Below, in pieces: positions 17,282 to 20,000 of a DNA stretch of 20,000 nt. The first letter of the stretch is position 1. Every line of letters starts with the position of its first letter. Source of the stretch: an uncultured virus (IMG/VR IMGVR_UViG_3300025887_000015) (Duplodnaviria > Heunggongvirae > Uroviricota > Caudoviricetes). A program made the translations under genes and the position numbers. The notes below the pieces were generated by a model, which was not told the origin of the DNA, ran no database searches, and was given only the letters and a program-made list of their open reading frames with translations. The stretch is from positions 58,606-78,605 of IMG/VR virus record IMGVR_UViG_3300025887_000015. One strand, written 5' to 3'.

Positions 17282-17590
17282 TTAAAAATTTCCATGCTTA
17301 GTACTAACATAACCTATTTTGATGTCTACAGAGTCTTCCTTATACTGCCATATCTCAATACCATATATCTTATCTTGATATATATGCATTGCGGGCCTCT
17401 CTGAAACTATAATACCATAATAACCCGATGACATTGGATAACGCTCTCCAAGACCCTCATCTAATATAATACCATCTTCAGGCAGCTTTTGTTTAAAAAT
17501 AACTCGCTCCAATAATTTGATTTGTCCATCTAAAGATTTGCGCTCCGCTTTTAATGTCTTTAAGGTTGCTTCGTTTGCTGTAATACTCAT
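17282..17590 (-). CDS. Hypothetical phage protein
   Basis: 102 aa with own promoter. Confidence 0.8.
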   Translation of the reverse strand: MSITANEATLKTLKAERKSLDGQIKLLERVIFKQKLPEDGIILDEGLGERYPMSSGYYGIIVSERPAMHIYQDKIYGIEIWQYKEDSVDIKIGYVSTKHGNF

Positions 17591-17729
17591 GATTTTGTGG
17601 TTTTAATTAAACATTGATGCAAATATACAATAATATTATATAACCACAAAATAAAACTATATAAAAAATAAATTAAAAAAAACCACAAATTATTTGGTAG
17701 TATCATTTATATTACTTATCTTTGTAATA

Positions 17730-17800
17730 GACAATGAGGAAAGACTCTAAGGGCGGTGACTAACAATCAGGAAGAGTAGACTCCAACCTACCTTATACTC
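17730..17800 (+). ncRNA. Repeated small RNA, copy 6 (5'-extended)
   Basis: Promoter 17717-17724; extra GAG-GAAAGA-CTC hairpin; core 17770-17791; TAAGG/CCTTA closing stem. Confidence 0.65.
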
Positions 17801-17912
17801 AAATTTTTTATTACGCTTGCTACCTATGGCCCCGTAAAGATACAACATTTTTTTTTAATATCCTAATGAAATAAATTTTTTTTATCGAATAATTTATTGT
17901 ATATTTGTATCA

Positions 17913-18125
17913 TACTTCGGTTACTACATAGTAGCCGACCACATACCTCTATGCCAAAAATTTATGGCACTGAGGCAATCCCTTACACGCCTATATCAAA
18001 AAAATCTTGATAGTATGGCACGATACCCCTCATGGCAAATTTTTGCCATGAATGGGGCACCACCTTTTATCCCTATTCCGAAAATTATTTCGGCCACCAA
18101 TCCTAGAACATATTTTATAGGACCA
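17913..18125. repeat. Run of ~6 consecutive inverted repeats in a non-coding block
   Basis: TCGGTTACT/AGTAGCCGA, TGCCA/TGGCA, TATCAA/TTGATA, TCATGGCAAA/TTTGCCATGA, CCGAAA/TTTCGG, TCCTA/TAGGA. Confidence 0.75.
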
Positions 18126-18442
18126 ATTTATCCCTCTTTTTATTATGTACCCATTAGTAAATACCTTATTTACCTGGTACAAGATTTACCTGGGCCGCCT
18201 GAGAAATCTCTTAAAAATTTTGGCAATTTAAACACACGGGTCGGACTATTTCTTGGGAAATGATTTATTCATATATAACACGAATATCTCTATCGTGGAA
18301 TTTTGTGGTAAAAAGTGGTAAAAGGTGGTATCCCCGAAATAATGCATACGTGTCGTGTCATTCTGAGACAGGTATCATAAAGGGTTCTTTAAAACGCATT
18401 TCTAGGGGTATTTCCCTGTATATCTTTCTTAAATTGTCCTAC

Positions 18443-18578
18443 TACACAAATGTGTACCTATATGGCCTTAGAGGGGCTTATATATTGTGATATATTTAAT
18501 AATACACAAATGTGTACCTATGTATATATCCTTATGTATTATTTGGTTTTATCATATGTTTATGGACACATTTGTGTA
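18443..18578. promoter_or_regulatory. Three palindromic TACACA-AA-TGTGTA boxes (putative protein-binding sites)
   Basis: 18443-18456, 18503-18516 and inverted 18565-18578; also at 6672-6685. Confidence 0.6.
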
Positions 18579-18712
18579 CATGGTTATTAGGGGTTATAAA
18601 TTTTTGTATTTAATAGGGAGTTCACCCATAGTGTATTTGGATTATTTTTAGAATAGTATAGATGTCTTGGGAGAATAGATTTATTAGCATTTATAGTAAT
18701 TATGTATTTCCA

Positions 18713-19060
18713 TTATCGGGATTGAATACGTTCATCTATTTGTTTTATTATTTCTTTAGATTTTTCATCGATTGAAGGGGTTATATTATATTGATTATTA
18801 TTAATAGCCATAGTATATGTTGGTTTAGAATTAACATAGACTTGTATTTTCTGTTTATGTAATCTTTCAAGTGTTTCATCTTGTAATATACTTCTATGAA
18901 GTTCTTGGTATGTTTTATTATTTTTCATTATTTTTGTTTTATATTGTTTTAGTCTTGTACCAGATTTTGTTTCAATCGTTGGAACGTACTTTCTTAATAT
19001 TTTAGGCACATAAATTTGTTTTGCAGTCACTCTATTTACCATTCTAAAAAACTCTTTCAT
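18713..19060 (-). CDS. Basic hypothetical protein
   Basis: 115 aa ORF; alternative start at 18928. Confidence 0.6.
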   Translation of the reverse strand: MKEFFRMVNRVTAKQIYVPKILRKYVPTIETKSGTRLKQYKTKIMKNNKTYQELHRSILQDETLERLHKQKIQVYVNSKPTYTMAINNNQYNITPSIDEKSKEIIKQIDERIQSR

Positions 19061-19113
19061 TATCTATTGTTTTAGTAGTTTGTTTTTAAATTAATTTCGA
19101 CAATTAAAACTGT

Positions 19114-19166
19114 CGATAACAGTTGCTATAAATCATTAAAACGATTCATAGCTTTGTGTTGTAAAC
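19114..19166 (-). repeat. attC-like hairpin element (AAC-arm-loop-arm-GTT)
   Basis: Minus strand TTACAAC..GCTATGAATC..GATTTATAGC..GTTATCG. Confidence 0.55.
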
Positions 19167-19174
19167 AATAAGCA

Positions 19175-19444
19175 CTAATCAAATTCTTCTCCGCAAGTGT
19201 CGCATTGTTTAAACATAAGTTCGCCCTCTCTACCATAGCAAGGTGTATAATCCTCGTGCTTACAGTTAACAACACGTGGTATAGTTAATTTATTTATTAG
19301 CTCTATCACTAATTTTGCTTCGTTACAGCTCAATAAAATACCTTCTTGGTAATTCCAACTAACGCTATCTAAATCTTCATTCATTTTAACCGCAAAATCA
19401 ATTGAGGCTTGTAATCTGTTTTTTAACAATTTTGCTTTATTCAT
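19175..19444 (-). CDS. Two-module protein: N-terminal part, IPRV linker, C-terminal CxH...CxxC module
   Basis: 89 aa; reads through the arm of a long inverted repeat. Confidence 0.75.
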   Translation of the reverse strand: MNKAKLLKNRLQASIDFAVKMNEDLDSVSWNYQEGILLSCNEAKLVIELINKLTIPRVVNCKHEDYTPCYGREGELMFKQCDTCGEEFD

Positions 19445-19500
19445 TGTTTCCGTTTTTTAAATCCATAAATAAACTAACCATACCACCATACGTTAGGTGC
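19265..19500 (-). repeat. Expanded attC-like element with 22-bp arms enclosing a gene start
   Basis: 19276-19297 vs 19465-19486 inverted repeat, 20/22 match, flanked by AAC/GTT. Confidence 0.65.
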
Positions 19501-19508
19501 AATAAAAA

Positions 19509-19640
19509 TTACTCTATTGCAAGTATCTGTATTTCTAATAAAATTAAGTTTATTTCTGTTTTTCTTATATTACTAAGCATAGTGCTATTTACTTTGTCAT
19601 CTGCTTTTTTAACTAATTCAAGTATTTTATTTGTTTTCAT
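19509..19640 (-). CDS. Small hypothetical protein (43 aa, not in ORF track)
   Basis: MKTNKILELVKKADDKVN... Confidence 0.5.
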   Translation of the reverse strand: MKTNKILELVKKADDKVNSTMLSNIRKTEINLILLEIQILAIE

Positions 19641-19689
19641 TTTTATAAATTTAGTATTAATAATACGCTACTAATCATACACAATACAG

Positions 19690-20000
19690 TTATGCACAAG
19701 GTGGCTTAGGTATTTCAGCCCAATGTGTAATTCCCAAATAATTGTACCAATAACTTTTACCATCTCTGTGATACCAAGTATCAAATTCCACATTACCGTC
19801 TCTTAACACTAAATACTGTTTTGTTTCGTCAGAAGGTTGTTGCTCTTTAGCCACCACCCATTGCATAACATTGGGTATAAAACAGTTTTTTACTAAGTCC
19901 TCTGCCCAATCAATGTTTAGGTGGTCATCTTCATCTAATACTATTCCTTTAGCGTGTAAATCAAAGAATTTTTTGTAATGCTTAATTATTGTGTTCTTAA
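19690..20000 (-). CDS. Partial gene with C-terminal DUF551-like domain after an IPNV linker
   Basis: Frame open from the window edge: ...DLVKNCFIPNV-MQWVVAKEQQP...ITHWAEIPKPPCA*. Confidence 0.75.
   Translation of the reverse strand, partial: KNTIIKHYKKFFDLHAKGIVLDEDDHLNIDWAEDLVKNCFIPNVMQWVVAKEQQPSDETKQYLVLRDGNVEFDTWYHRDGKSYWYNYLGITHWAEIPKPPCA

Larger units (their letters stand above)
8942..17842 (-). promoter_or_regulatory. Array of ~16 Bacteroidota-type promoters on the - strand
   Basis: CAAATATA/CAAAGATA (or variant TAAA.ATA) on + near 8942, 10066, 10457, 11112, 11377, 11741, 12044, 12376, 13344, 13976, 14462, 15024, 15989, 17233, 17620, 17835; many followed by a TCAATGTTTAA..ACC leader. 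Confidence 0.85.

Noticed and set aside
569..17791. CRISPR array interpretation of the 22-nt repeat
   Set aside because: Copies are 0.6-11 kb apart, each with its own promoter; no repeat-spacer periodicity and no cas genes in the window
17964..18490. ORFs 17964-18263 and 18260-18490
   Set aside because: Atypical composition, no standard leader, and they run through stacked inverted repeats; probably spurious but not excluded
19402..19674. + strand 90-aa hydrophobic ORF
   Set aside because: Antisense shadow of Lys-rich minus-strand genes
1..20000. Stop-codon reassignment
   Set aside because: Genes are intact under the standard bacterial code, and TAG and TGA occur as normal terminal stops

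Overview
Very AT-rich window that reads as the early/host-takeover region of a large lytic phage of Bacteroidota (probably Flavobacteriia; this is inferred from promoter and leader signatures, since no virion or replication hallmark genes are present). About 45 mostly small genes form two convergent arrays (+ strand to 7789, - strand 7892-17590) that meet at a bidirectional terminator. Most units have their own Bacteroidota-type sigma-A promoter (TTTG...TAnnTTTG), often fused to the upstream terminator. Recognisable proteins: ParB-like/DGQHR, HTH + methyltransferase-like, DUF6011, Cys-rich gp88-like, secreted lysozyme-like, NUMOD1-like, papain/C39-like, DUF932, DUF551 and an ArfA-like basic peptide. 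Main unexplained structures: (1) six dispersed, independently promoted copies of a ~45-70 nt small RNA with a near-invariant core GGAAGAGTAGACTCCAACCTAC and compensatory stems; (2) promoter-driven, ORF-less transcription units at ~6.9-7.2 kb and ~11.8-12.0 kb; (3) a hairpin/palindrome-rich non-coding block at 17.9-18.7 kb; (4) attC-like AAC...GTT hairpin elements at 19.1-19.9 kb that join protein domains in frame through an I-P-x-V linker, suggesting domain-cassette shuffling.
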